Shown here: one piece after another, positions 27,229 through 39,572 of the stretch
Layout: each line of letters starts with the position of its first letter
Position numbering within the stretch: the first letter of the stretch is position 1
Position numbers and translations under genes: made by a program
From: Chiloscyllium plagiosum
Lineage: Eukaryota
Direction: 5' to 3'
Assembly (NCBI RefSeq): GCF_004010195.1
Contig: NC_057755.1
Coordinates: 10,201,989 to 10,265,988 of the forward strand
Length of the DNA stretch: 64,000 bases
Notes under the pieces: model-generated
The model's input: the letters and a program-made list of their open reading frames with translations, nothing else
What the model was told of the DNA's origin: nothing
Database searches by the model: none

Positions 27229-27599
27229 CTGGGTATTCATCCATTCACACGACCATCACCATTTCCTCTCTTCCCCCAGCCCACAGTCTGCTACCACCAG
27301 ACATAAAACAACGTCCTGTCATGCTAATCTCCCCCATTTAGTAGAAATGGCCAGCATTCTCTACCATACAACATCCAACACGTACTTTAAGTATTGGCAT
27401 AAAAATGCTTCTCTTTCTCTCTTTTTCTCTCGATCTGCAATACGAACTGCACTGCAGATCGAAGTAACAGATTTTATTTTAAAGTCTTCTTAATACGTTG
27501 CGTCCAAAATTATGCACAGTTCATCACAATACACATTGTCTAACTTGTGAAAAGTTTCATATTACTCCCGTATTTTCCAACCCAATAACATAAATTAAG

Positions 27600-27842
27600 G
27601 GGGGGGGGGGTAGGAATAGGACAGATGTTAGGGGTAGGTTCTTTACTCAGCGAGTCGTGAGTTCATGGAATGCCCTGCCAGTAGCAGTGGTGGACTCTCC
27701 CTCATTATGGGCATTTAAGCGGGCATTGGATTGGCATATGGAGGATAGTGGGCTAGTGTAGGTTAGGTGGGCTTGGATCGGCGCAACATCGAGGGCCTAA
27801 GGGCCTGTACTGCACTGTATTGTTCTATGTTCTATGTTCTAT
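27600..27842 (+). mobile_element. Short CR1 3' end
   Basis: CR1 3' sequence with (TTCTATG)n tail; interrupts sequence that is contiguous in the paralogous intron at about 25170-25420. Confidence 0.85.
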
Positions 27843-27929
27843 ATATCTGCCAAAGGAATGACCAGCCAGATAGCAATAAATTGCAGGTATAAGTTGCAAG
27901 GAATAGCGACTGAAATGTTATCTGTTTCC

Positions 27930-29160
27930 CTGGATTCAGGCATCCAATTTGTAACTTTACATCAAAGTTTGCAGGTAGACTATCAAACTGAGATTTTGAA
28001 ATGTATTCAAATGCATTTGACAAGTTTCCCCCACGGGAACTCGTTGGCAAGTTTTGATCTCATGGAATACAGGGAGAACGAGCCATTTGGATACAGAACT
28101 GGCTCAAAAGTAGAAGACAGAGGTTGGTGGTGGAGTGTTGTTTTTCAGACTTGAAGGCCTGTGACCAGTGGAGTGCCACAAGGATCGGTGCTTTTCAGTA
28201 TTTATATAAATGATTTGGATGTGAGCATAAGAGGTGCAGTTAGTAAATTTGTAGATGTCACCACAATTGGATGAGTAGAGGAGAGTGAAACATTTACCTC
28301 AGATTACAATGCGATCATGATCGGATGAGTCAATGGACTGAGAAGTTGCAGATGGAGTTTAATTTAGGTAACTGTGAGGTCCTGCATTTTGGGAAAGCAA
28401 ATATTAGCAGTGCTTTTAGACTTGATGTTAAGGTCCTCGGGAGAGTTACTGAACAAAGAGATCTTGGAGTGAAGGTTGATAGCTCCTTGAAAATGGAGTT
28501 ACAGGTCAACAGGACGGTGAAGAAGGCATTTGGTACACTTTTCTTTATTGGTCAGTGTGTTCAGTACAGGAGCTGGGAGGTCATGTTTCGGCTGAACAGG
28601 ACATTGGTTAGGCAACTGTTGGAATATTGCAGTTCGGGTCTCTTTCCAATCGGAAACGTTGTGAAACTTGACAGGGTTTAGAAAAGATTTACAAAGATGT
28701 TTCCAGGGTTGGAGGATTTGTACTATCGGCAGAGGTTAATTCGGCAAGGCTTCTTTTTCCTGGAGGGTCGGAGGCCATGGGGTTACATTATAGAGGTTTC
28801 TAAAATCATGAGGGGCAAGGATAAGATAAATGGACAAATTCTTTTCCCTGGAGTGTGGGAGACCAGAAATTGACAGCACAGGTTTTGGGTGAGAGGGGAA
28901 AGATAAAAAGGGGGCCTAAGGGGCAACTTTTTCATGCAGAGGGTGGTACGTGAATGAAATGAGTTGCCAGAGGAAGTGGTGGAACTACGTACAATTTCAA
29001 CATTTAAAAGGCATCAGGATGAGTATATGAATAAGAAGAGTTTCGAGGGATATGGGCCAGGTGATGGCAGGTGGGACTAGATTGGGGTGGGATATCTCTT
29101 TGACATGGTCGAGTTGGACTGAAGGATCTGTTTCTATTCTGTACATTTTTAGGGCTCTAT
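27930..29160 (+). mobile_element. Degenerate CR1 LINE (RT region to 3' end)
   Basis: [32 protein letters not shown]. Confidence 0.85.
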
Positions 29161-29804
29161 GAATTCCAGATCATTTATTTGTTCCCATTACTAGTTTGAG
29201 GGATGACATCTCTGAAGGACACAAATATCTGCAACGTGTAACTGAAGAAGCCTCTTTTTGATCATAAAATATGACAACTGCATTATTGGAGCAGGATTAT
29301 CGGATGTAAGTCACTAATATTCTTCTCTGCCACATCACGGCCAAGCCATTTGACATATTTCAAAACATTATGAAGCGTCACAGAAATATTCTCATTAACA
29401 TGAAATCTCCTGTCACTCCTTGTGTCATAGCTATTGATCTCAAGTAGAGTTTCAGGGTGTTTTTTGTGGAAATTCCTTAATTCTACCTTGACTGTTGTCC
29501 TTTGATAATTGGGTGAGTAAGGCCAGGAAGAGAGACACTGAAGAGCCATATTGAAATAGCATTGGATACATTGTACTTGGTCATTTAAACGTTTCTTTTT
29601 CCTTCAGCTGGCTTCAAGAATGAGACACTTTTTTTATTTTTATGAGCTTAATAACCTCTTTCCACCGTATTGCGATTATACGATTCGAAACCAAATAGGA
29701 TTTAAACAATTCAGAACATAACTTCACAATTTAGACCCTGAATTTTTTCACCATCTGTGGAAACATCCATTCCATTTCTCAATGGTTTCAATACTAAATA
29801 CAAT

Positions 29805-30690
29805 GTTGTGGTTCTGTTCGCCGAGCTGGAAATGTTTGTGGCAAACGTTTCATCCCTTGTCTAGGTGACATTCTCAGTGCTTGGGAGCTTCCTGTGAAGC
29901 GCTTCAGTGGATTTTCCTCCGGCATTTGTAGTGGCCTGTCCCTGCCGCTTCCGGTTGTCAGTTTCAGCTGTCTGCTGTAGTGGCCAGTATATTGGGTCCA
30001 GGTAGATGTGTTTGTTGATGGAATTTGTAGATGAGTGCCATGCTTCCAGGAATTTCCTGGCTGTTCTTTGTTTGGCTTGCCCTATAATGGTAGTGTTGTC
30101 CCAGTCGAATTCATGTTGCTTGTCGTCTGCGTGCGTGGCTACTAAGGATAGCTGGTCGTGGCGTTTCGTGGTTAGTTGATGTTCATGGATGCGGATCGTT
30201 AGCTGTCTTCTTGTTTGTCCTATATAGTGTTTTATGCAGTACTTGCATGGGATTTTGTACACTGCATTAGTTTTGCTCATGCTGGGTATCGGGTCCTTCG
30301 TTCTGGTGAGTTGCTGTCTGAGGTTGGCTGTTGGTTTGTGTGCTGTTATAAGTCCTTGTGGTCGCAGTAGTCTGGCTGTCAGTTCTGAAATGCTCCTGAT
30401 GTATGGTAGTGTGGCTAGTCCTTTGGGTTGTGGCATGTCCTCGTTCCGTTGTCTTTCTCTTACATCGACCTGGACCCAATAAGGACAGCTGAAACTGACA
30501 ACCGGAAGCGGCAGGGACAGACCACTATAAATGCCGGAGGAAACACCACAGAAGCGCTTCACAGGAGGCTCCCAAGCACTGAGGATGTCACCGAGACAGG
30601 GGACGAAACGTTTGCAACAAAAATTTCCAGCTCGGCGAACAGAACCACAACAACGAGCACCCGAGCTACAAATCGTCACCCAAACTTTGA
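29805..30690 (-). mobile_element. Penelope-like element with inverted terminal copy and 12-bp target-site duplication
   Basis: TNAVYKIPCKYCIKHYIGQTRRQLTIRIHEH GIY-YIG; about 29805-30010 inverted at about 30462-30652; ACTAAATACAAT at 29793-29804 and 30691-30702. Confidence 0.92.
30576..30615 (+). ncRNA. Minimal type I hammerhead ribozyme motif in the Penelope terminal repeat
   Basis: gca-CTGAGGA-t-gtcacc-gagaca-ggggac-GAAA-CG-TT-tgc: conserved core, stem II, palindromic minimal stem III, gca/tgc stem I. Confidence 0.65.
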
Positions 30691-31067
30691 ACTAAATACA
30701 ATTCCTGGCAGTTGAGATGTTCAAGAATCAATGAACGACAAATACAAGTGGTTTGATTTCTAATCAATGCAGTAGGCTTACTATATGGTACTCCCATTAT
30801 ATCCGACTAAATTTCTTTCTTATTGGTCATAAGGGAGGACTGGCGTGTCAGGTTGAAGGATGAAAGAAGGTTGAAACACCGGAGTACATTTACGTGGACT
30901 CGAGGCTGAGTGGTTAATGGTTCGTATGCAAAATATAAAAGTGAATATTAGGACTTGGTGGTAATTCTATGCAGTGTGTTTACACTTGGAAGAGTATATT
31001 GAACATAACATTGTTAATACCTAGATGACATCAGGATCAAGATAATATACATTGATGTTAAACCTAC

Positions 31068-31237
31068 CTCCAATTCTCCCTGATTGAGTGTATCCTGTTG
31101 AAACTGTTTTGGCTGCATACTGCCCAAAGGTCTCTCATCATTTTCAGATGGACTGCCCTGTTGTCTTTCTCCATGTTTGGATAGCTCAGGGCCAGCTATC
31201 ATTGACTCATTGTGTGCAGCTGCAACATTATCGCCCT
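31068..31237 (-). CDS. Tail exon type B1, 170 nt (EGDNVAAAHNESMIAGPELSK...LNQGELE)
   Basis: ttaatag| ... GAG|gtaggt; phase 1 to 0, open; paralogue at 25465-25634. Confidence 0.7.
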
Positions 31238-32730
31238 CTATTAAATGAACATGGAGAAAACTAAAGCTGGAGAGTTACAAGTGAAGATGTAAAAATCTGG
31301 ATTGAGGCTGTTGTCAGGAGAAACGATTTAATGCGTGTTTTTACTCACTACAAAATGGCTTCTTAATGCAAATAACATAAAACAATATAACAAAATGACT
31401 TCTCTGAAAACTATATTCTTAAATGAATTGATAGAGATTAGTAAGCAATGCTGTGTTCATAGCCTAAGTTAACTAAGCGATACAGCACATTATTAAATTA
31501 TTCAAAATTGGCCTTGGAAACCAGATTAAGACGAGAAAACAAGTTAGTTCCCAGGAAACATCATTGGCTTAATATTATGTCTATTTGTCATATCATTTCA
31601 CTTTATTGGATTACTTTTGAAATGATGGTTCTTCTGTTTGTTTTTAAAAAAAAGCCTACAATAGTTGTTCGCATTTTAGGATAAGTGTACGGCTTTTCCA
31701 GAGTACACAGAAGTGTTTCAATTCTGTCTTGCTGGATAACCTCTGCACAGTGTCATAATAAATTGCTGAAGCTTGCTAAACGAGACCAAGCTGCTAGTAA
31801 TCATTTGACTAATTGCAGAACCGAGGGGCCCTTCCCGGAGTCAAGATCGTCACAGGATATGACAAACCATTCAAGAATCATCCATTTATCAACATCATGT
31901 GCTGCATTTAAATGTTCATGACTTCCACATTAAACACACAGTGAATGGAAGCCAAATTAGTTGTATTCACTGTATATATGTGTCATAACCTTTCTATATT
32001 CTCCAACTGGGCTTTCGCACACGTCCAATTCCATTGATAATATTATCACCTGCTTATCCAAAATGCAGACAACATGAAGTGCATGTTTGCATCTGTGATA
32101 ACTCCCCCGCCCCTTCTCTGATTGTAACCTTTGCATGGGCATAAAACAATGAATCGATAAGTGATTACACTGCATTGTTAAGATGGAATGCAATTGGCTG
32201 AATATTCACTCATCACCGCTACCTCAATCTAGACACCTGGAGAACAATATTCAACCCGACGCCTGTTCCACCAGAATCCGTCAGGAATCATGTCAGAGTT
32301 GTATTTTAGAAGCTGTAACTTGAAAAAGTTGGATCTTGTTGACTTGCATCATGTGAGCTGAAGACGTTTCCATTCATTACTAAGGCTAAAGCACATTGAT
32401 GAATATTCACACACTGAAATGGTGGGCATAAGAGTGAAGATTGATTGATTATCACAAATACTGAAGTGTTTGGGAGGTATGGGCTGAGGGGGATAGGAGG
32501 CGTTTGCCGAGGGATAGTGAGCACTGATCTCCGAGCAGGGTCTTTCAGAAACTTAGTGAACATTTTGTTGCATTGTGCCGGATCATCCCTGAGAAAGAGC
32601 GAGACAGACAGAGGGAGGAAGGAAGAGAGATAGTGAGAGAGACGGGGGGTAGATAGAGAACTACTGGTGGCAACAAGGGTTCGTCAATATAAACCATGAG
32701 TGAATAAATTAAAAACGCAAATTAACTCAC

Positions 32731-32875
32731 CAGCTGCACAGTCGTTTCTACCATTTCCGTGGTGTTTATTTTCCTGCGGACCTGGATTTTCTTCCTCACT
32801 GATCACGTGCGTCGTGTCTTTGCTGTCAGTATCATGACTGTGCAGAATTTCCATGCGTGCATTTTGATCTTGATC
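32731..32875 (-). CDS. Tail exon type A1, 145 nt (DQDQNARMEILHSHDTDSKD...GNGRNDCAA)
   Basis: atatttag| ... CTG|gtgagt; phase 0 to 1, open; close paralogue at 26282-26426 with the same splice sites. Confidence 0.7.
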
Positions 32876-34348
32876 CTAAATATGACAAAGATATGGTTAG
32901 GTGTTTTATAGCTGAGTTCTTAGGATTTCTGTTTGTGATTCACATATCACTCGCTAGACTCAATCCAGAGACCCTAGTCATATTCTGGGAATGGAGTTTG
33001 AATCCCGCCACAGCTAACGGTGGAATTTGAATTCAACAAAAATATCTGAAATCAAGTGTCTAACGACAGTGAATCCCTTGTTGAATGTTGTAAAAAAACG
33101 TCTGATTCATCAATGTCCTTTTACAGAAACAAGCGGACATCCTTCCCTGGTCCGGCCTCCATGTGACTCCAGACTCAGAGCAATGTGGTTGACACTTAAC
33201 TTTAATTATAGATGCGCAATAAATGCTGGCCAACCATCAATGTTCTCATCCCATGAATGTATTTAAAAACAAACCTAACACAGACTCAAGGAGAATGTGC
33301 AAACACCACACGGACAGTCTGCAGAGACTGGAAACAAATCCAAGTGCATGGAATTGTGAGGTACATGTGCTAACCAATGAGCCACCATTATATCCATAGT
33401 ACAGAAATCCTTAAAACAAATGCATATTTTTGAAGTGTTTGTTGTGCCAGAATTGAAACGACAATGTCATCAAATTATCTTGGGTGCATAATTTGTTAAA
33501 CAAAAATGCAGTAGTTTCTTCATTCTGCCTCCAATATCATTGGTAATACCTGGTAACTCAAACACGTTCACAATTCTCCATACCGAGCTCCACTTACAGC
33601 GTGAGGGCACATTAGTACAGAGACCTCCGATGTTTTTGGTACCTACAGCTCTTATTTCCCTTTTCAAATCCACAGTTCGATCTTCTTCGCGTCATGAAGG
33701 AAATATAGAAACTCTGTGTTTCTTCTATTCATTTACAGTAGAGAATTTCAGATGTTTATCTGTTCCTCACTTTATGCGCTATCCTTCTGTTTTATTGCCC
33801 CTCGCTGAGCCTAATGTGACTTTCTGAATTCCTTTCTGATGTCTTCTCACAAACTACATTCCTACCACATTGTTTCAACAGCATACTGAAGGGGAGATTA
33901 TGTCCTGTAGTTCTACTGCTGGATTGTTAATGCAGAAACCGAAGTAATGCCCTGTGTACCCAGCTTCAAGTCCTCCAATGGCAGATATTGTCATTTGCAT
34001 TCTAAATGTAATCTCACGCTGGTTATGAATTTACACAAATACTGAACTTCTAACTGCTATTAGAATCAATAAAACAACTGCTTCATTAAACTATTTTAAT
34101 TAGATAAATCATAATGTAATTTCATTAATATCAGTAATGATGGTCGGACATGCCATTGCAATATTCTCGCTGGTTCTGTCTATGCCATTTGCCGAGAAGT
34201 GCGAGGGAGAAGAAAAGTTCAGTCTTACCGTTTAAAAGACTTATTTCAGGTGTCAAGGTCTCCATTTGCCGAGAGTAGTGAAATAATTCTGGGAAGTTTT
34301 AAAGTGGCTGAGCTCTGAACTCGAGACCCTACACCTCCCACCCACATG

Positions 34349-34632
34349 GTTAGATTACATTACAGTGTGGAAACAGGCCCTTCGGCCCAACAAGTCCACA
34401 TCGACCCGCCGAAGCGCAACCCACCCATTTCCCTACATTTACTTCTTTACCTAACACTACGGACAATTTAGCAATTCACCTGACCTGCACATCTTTGGAC
34501 GGTGGGAGGAAACCGGAGCACCCGGAGGAAACCCACGCAGACACGGGGAGATTGTGCAAACTCCACACAGTCAGTCGCCTGAGTCGGGAATTGAACCCGG
34601 GTCTCTGGCGCTGTGAGGCAGCAGTACTAACC
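34349..34632 (-). mobile_element. HE1-type tRNA-derived shark SINE, well preserved
   Basis: GGGCGGCACGGTGGCACAGTGGTTAG (A box), GGGTTCAATTCCCG (B box), TGTGTGGAGTTTGCACA core, CR1-like tail. Confidence 0.85.
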
Positions 34633-37600
34633 ACTGTGCCACCGTGCCGCCCACGTCCTCCAGAAATCGTGGTACATATTGGCACCAGTGATATAGCCAG
34701 GAAAGGGACTGAGGATCTAAAAGGTGACTGCATAGAATTAGGTTGGAAGCTGAAGATCAGTACGAGTAGAGTAGTTATCTCAGGTTTGCTACAAGTGCCA
34801 CGAGATAGTTAGATGTGGAACAGTTAGCGAGTGCAGCTTAACACGTGGCTGCAAGGCTTGTGCAGGAGGGAGGGCTTCAGATACCGAGACCATTGGGATA
34901 TATTCTGGGGAAGGTGGGACCTGTACATGAAGGACGGGTTGGACCTGAACCGGAGGGGCACAAATGTCCTGGGTGGGAGATTTGCTGATATGATTTGGAA
35001 GGGTTTAAACTTGCTTGGTGGGGTGGTGGGGTGGGGTTGGGAATCAAAGCCACATGTCTGAGAGGGGGTCCGTTGCAGATGGGACAGTGACAGGATATAT
35101 TGAATCTATCAGGAAGGTTTCTCATGTGATGAAAGGAAGGGATCGGTTAAAGTGTGTGTGCTTTAATGCAAGGAGTGTCCGAAGTAAGAGTGACGAACTT
35201 AGAGCATGGATCAGTACTTGGAGATACGATGTGCCCATAAGGAGACGTGGGTTTCACAGGGGCAGGAATGGTTGCTTGATATTCCAGGGTTTAGAACGTT
35301 TAAAAAGAACAGGGAGTGTGGAAAAAGAGGAGGGGGTGTAGCATTGCTAATCAGAGAGTGCATCACAGCTACAGAAACGAAGGTTATTGTGGAAAGTTTG
35401 TCTACTGAGTCATTATGACTGGAAGTTAGGAACAGCAAAAGAACAGCCATAGTATTGGGAGTTTTCTACAGACCACCTAAGAGCAAGAGAGAAATTGAAG
35501 TTCTCAAAGGTGGGCAGATTCTGGTGAAATGCAAACGTAGCAGGGTTATTGTCATGGGTGATTTCAACTTTCCGAATATCGACTAGAAGCTCTTAAGTGC
35601 AAATGGTTTGCGTGGAGCCGTTTGAGTCAGGTGTGCTCAGGAGAGTTTCCTTAATCAGTATGTCCACAGACCGTCCAGGGGAGAGAGCATTTTTGATTTG
35701 GTGCTCGGCAAAGAGCCAGGACATGTGTCAGATCTCATGGTGGGTGAGCTCTATGGCAAAAGTGATCACAACTGCCTCACATTCCTGAAGAAGGGCTAAT
35801 GCCCGAAACGTCGATTCTCCTGTTCCCAAGATGCTGCCTGACCTGCTGCGCTTTTCCAGCAACACATTTCCATCTCTGATCTCCAGCATCTGCAGACCTC
35901 ACTTTCTCCTCACATTTAGCATAGCCTTGGAGAGTGAAAGGAGCAGTTACCAAGGGAAAATATTTAATTGGGGGAAAGGAAAATATGACGCTATCAGACA
36001 GGAGTAGGGAAGTACAGAATATGAGCAATTGTTCCACAGAAAGGGCACAGTAGACATATGGAGACAATTTAAGGAGCAGTTGTTGCGAGTGATGCACAAA
36101 TTTGTTCCTCTGAGACAGGCAAGAATGGGTAAGATTAAGGAACCTTGGATGACGTGTTTAAAAAAAAATCACACAACACCAGGTCAGAGTCCAGTATTTG
36201 TCCAGTTTTAATTCCATCTGCATTTCTCAGCCCAGCTCTGCATCCTGTCTCTGTCGCGCTGCAACCTGCAGTAGCCCTCTATACTATTGACGACACCTCC
36301 AACCTTTATGTCATCTGAAAATTTGCCAACTCACCCCTCAATCTACTCATCAAAGTCAACTGCAAACAGCAGACGCCTAAGAACAGAGCCCTGCGGGACA
36401 CATTCAACACTGACCTTCAGGCAGAATACTTTCCATCTACAACCACCCTCTGCCTTCTGTCAGCCAGCCAATTCTGAATCTAGTTAGCCAAAAGGTTTAA
36501 TTGGAAGCACATTAGCTTTCGGAGCGACGCTCCTTCGTCTGGTGATAGTCTTGGATGAAGAGAACAGAGGAACGTTTTGTCAAAAGAAAGAAGGTCACTT
36601 ACATAAGGTGGAGGAAGTAAGGATCTAGCACAACATTAGAAAATTACAGGCTTGCTAGAAAGGAGCTCAGAAGTGGACTGAGGAGAGCCAGGCGGGGGCA
36701 CGAAAAAGGCTTGGCAAGAAGAATTAGGGAGAACCCAAAGGCATTTACTCGTTCGTGAGGAATACGAGAATGACCAGGGAGAAGATAGGGCCGAGCAGGG
36801 ATAGCGTAGGGAACTTGTGCGTGGAGTCTGAGCAGATCGGGGAAGCTCTACATGATTTTTTGCTTCGGTTTTCACCAAGGAAAAGGAACTTGTTGTTAAT
36901 GAAAATTTTGAGGAGCTGGGATACAGTCTTGACCAGATCAAGATTGATGTAGCTGATCTGCTAGAACGTTTGGAAAACATTAAGATTTCTACATTCCAAG
37001 GGCCGGACCAAATTTATCCGAGGCTGCTCTGTGAAGCTGAAAAGGAGGTTGCTAATTGGAAGGAAGCGATGCTGTTCCTCTTTTCAAGAAGGGCAATAAG
37101 GAAATCCCTGGCAATTACAGACCAGTCAGTCCTACGTCTGTGGTCAACAAAGTTTTGGAAAGAATTATGAGGGATGGGATTCATGACTATTTGGCAACGG
37201 ATAGTCTGATTAAAGGCAGTCAGCATGGCTGTGTGAGGGGAAGGTTCTGCCTCACAAATCTTATTGAGTTCTTTGAGGAGTAGTTATGGTGTATATGGAC
37301 CTCAGCAAGGCATTTGATAGGCTTCCCCATGGTAAGCTCATTCATAAAGTTATGAAGTATGGGATACAGGGAGTTTTGGCTAACTAGATTCAAACTTGCC
37401 TGGCTGACAGATGGCAGAGAGTGTTTGTAGATGGAAAGTATTCTGACTGAAGGTCAGTGTTGAATGGTGTCCCGCAGGGCTCTGTTCTTAGGCCTCTGCT
37501 CTCTGCAGTTGACTTTGATGTGTAGATTGAGGGGTGAGTTAGCAAATTTGCAGATGACGCAAAGGTTGGAGGTGTCGTCAATAGTATAGAGGGCTACTGC

Positions 37601-38462
37601 AGGTTGCAGCGCGACAGAGACAGGATGCAGAGGTGGGCTGAGAAATGCAGATGGAATTCAAACTGGATAAATGTGAAGTTATGCATTTTGGAAGTTCGAA
37701 TTCGAATGCTGAATACAGGGTTAAAGACAGGATTCTTGGCGGTGTGGAGGAACAAAGGCATCTGGATGTGCAAGTACATAGATCCCTCAAAGTTGCCACC
37801 CAACTGGATAGGGTTGTTAAGAAAGCATATGGTGTTTTGGCTCTCATTAGCAGGGGGATCAAATTTAAGAGCTGCAAGGATTTGCTGCAGCTCTACATGT
37901 CCCTGTTGAGGCCACACTTGAAATATTGTGTACAGTTCTGGTTGCCGTTCTGTAGGAAAGATACAGAAGCTTTGGACAGGGTGCAAAGGAGATTTACCAC
38001 GATGCTGCCTGGACTGGAAGGCTTGCCTTATGAAGAGAGGTTGAAAAAGGTAGGACTTTTTCTCTCTGGAGAGAAGGAGGAAGAGAGGAGACCTGATCGA
38101 GGTTCACAAACTGATGAGAAGAATAGATAGAATCAATAGCCAGAGACGTTTCCCCAGAGCAGGGTGGAATGTTACGAGAAGTCATAGTTTGAAGATAGTA
38201 GGAGGAAGGTATAAAGGAGACGTCGGGTAGGTTCTTTACGCAGAGAGTTGTGAATTATTGGAATGCGTTGCCAGCTGTGGTGATGGAAGCAGAATCATTG
38301 GAGACAGTTAAGCGACTGAAGGGCATGCACCTGGAAAGCAGTGGGTTGAGGTCTGCGTCGGTTAAGTTACTATATTTTACATTAGGATTAAATCTCCGCA
38401 CAACATCGTGGTCCAAAGGGCCTATTCTGTGCTGTACTTTTCTACATTATTTTCTATGTTCT
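34633..38462 (+). mobile_element. Near full-length decayed CR1 LINE (ORF1 SGNH-esterase, APE endonuclease, RT) with nested insertions
   Basis: IVVHIGTSD, VVISGLL, DGLDLNRRG; CFNARSVRSK, MGDFNFP; PGNYRPVS, RPHLKYCVQFW; ttctatgttct tail. Confidence 0.92.
35781..35910 (+). mobile_element. ~130-bp Penelope-derived element carrying an intact minimal hammerhead core (35781-35816)
   Basis: attc-CTGAAGA-agggc-taat-gccc-GAAA-CG-TC-gatt; cctcacatt at 35775-35783 and 35908-35916. Confidence 0.8.
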
Positions 38463-38964
38463 CTGAAAGCATGACCACCGATTAGACTGAATTGTCAGAG
38501 TAACAGAGGAATCTTGGGATGCTTGTCCAATGATCCTTGAAGGTAACTGTGCAAGTTAACAGGGTGTTAAGAAGGCCGATGTGTCTTTCTCAGTCATTGT
38601 ATCAATAATAAGAGCAGAGAGGTTCAGGTGCAGCTGTACAGTAGTTTTGCCAGGCTATATCTGAATTACTGATGTCAGTTCTAGTCCCGACACTTTAGGA
38701 AGGATTGAATTGGATTGCCTAGGAGGAGCATATCATCGTGGAAGAGAGGTTGGAAAAGCTTGGAATAGAAAGGATCAGAGGCGACCTGATTGAGGTGCAT
38801 AGGATTATGAGGACGATAGACAGCGTGAATAAAGTGCAGTTGTTCCCCTTTCTCGAAGGGTCTACAACAAGGAAGCATATTTTTGAATTGAAAGACAAGA
38901 GGTTTAAGGGCATTTGAGGACAAATGATTTCACCCAGAGAATGGTGGATATCTATTATGCGTTT

Positions 38965-39278
38965 CCTTATTAGATAAGATTCCCTACAGTGTAAAAACAG
39001 GCCCTTCCACTCAACAAGTCCACACCAACCGACCGAAGAGTAACCCACTCAAAGCCATTTCCCTCTGGCTAATACAACTAACACTTTGGGCAATTTTGCA
39101 TGGCCAATTCACCTAACCTTTACATCCTTGGACTGTGGAAGGAAACAGAATCTCTCGGAGGTAACCCACACAGACACAGGGAGAATTATAAAACTCCACA
39201 CAGACAGTCGCCCGAAGCTGGAATTGAACCTGTGTTCCTGGTGATGTGAGGCAACAATGCTCACCACCGTACTGCCCC
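38965..39278 (-). mobile_element. HE1-type SINE, inserted in a CR1 3' fragment
   Basis: Homologous to 34349-34632. Confidence 0.8.
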
Positions 39279-39494
39279 ATAGGAATTTGAGGCAAGAAAT
39301 CTCACAAAAATTTAAAAAGCACTTGGATGAGCGCATGAATTAACAGAATATTGAAGGCTGCGGGCATAGTGTGACAAAGTGGGCTTGTGCAGATGGCAGC
39401 GTATTTTATGCCATACAGTCTCGATGTGCTGAAGGGTCTCTTTTTTACTGTATGATTCTGTGATACGCAATTTATTATTTTACTTCAGACTCAC

Positions 39495-39572
39495 AGATGC
39501 TGCAGTTAGGGAATATATTTGCTCACACTTGTCGATCTTGATGTCTGAAAGCCGGACTGTATGCCAGCGTCT
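39495..39572 (-). CDS. Tail exon, 78 nt (RRWHTVRLSDIKIDKCEQIYSLTAAS)
   Basis: tccacag| ... TCT|gtgagt; phase 0-0, open; paralogue at 27149-27228. Confidence 0.55.

Noticed and set aside
29861..30679. 272-aa ORF as a host gene
   Set aside because: Chimeric read-through of an inverted Penelope arm into the GIY-YIG region.
32306..32590. ORF with an acceptor-like site, duplicated at about 26040-26145
   Set aside because: Acceptor not conserved in the paralogue, and the ORF frame does not fit the flanking exon phases.
34560..34632. tRNA-like sequence
   Set aside because: Head of an HE1 SINE, not a tRNA gene.
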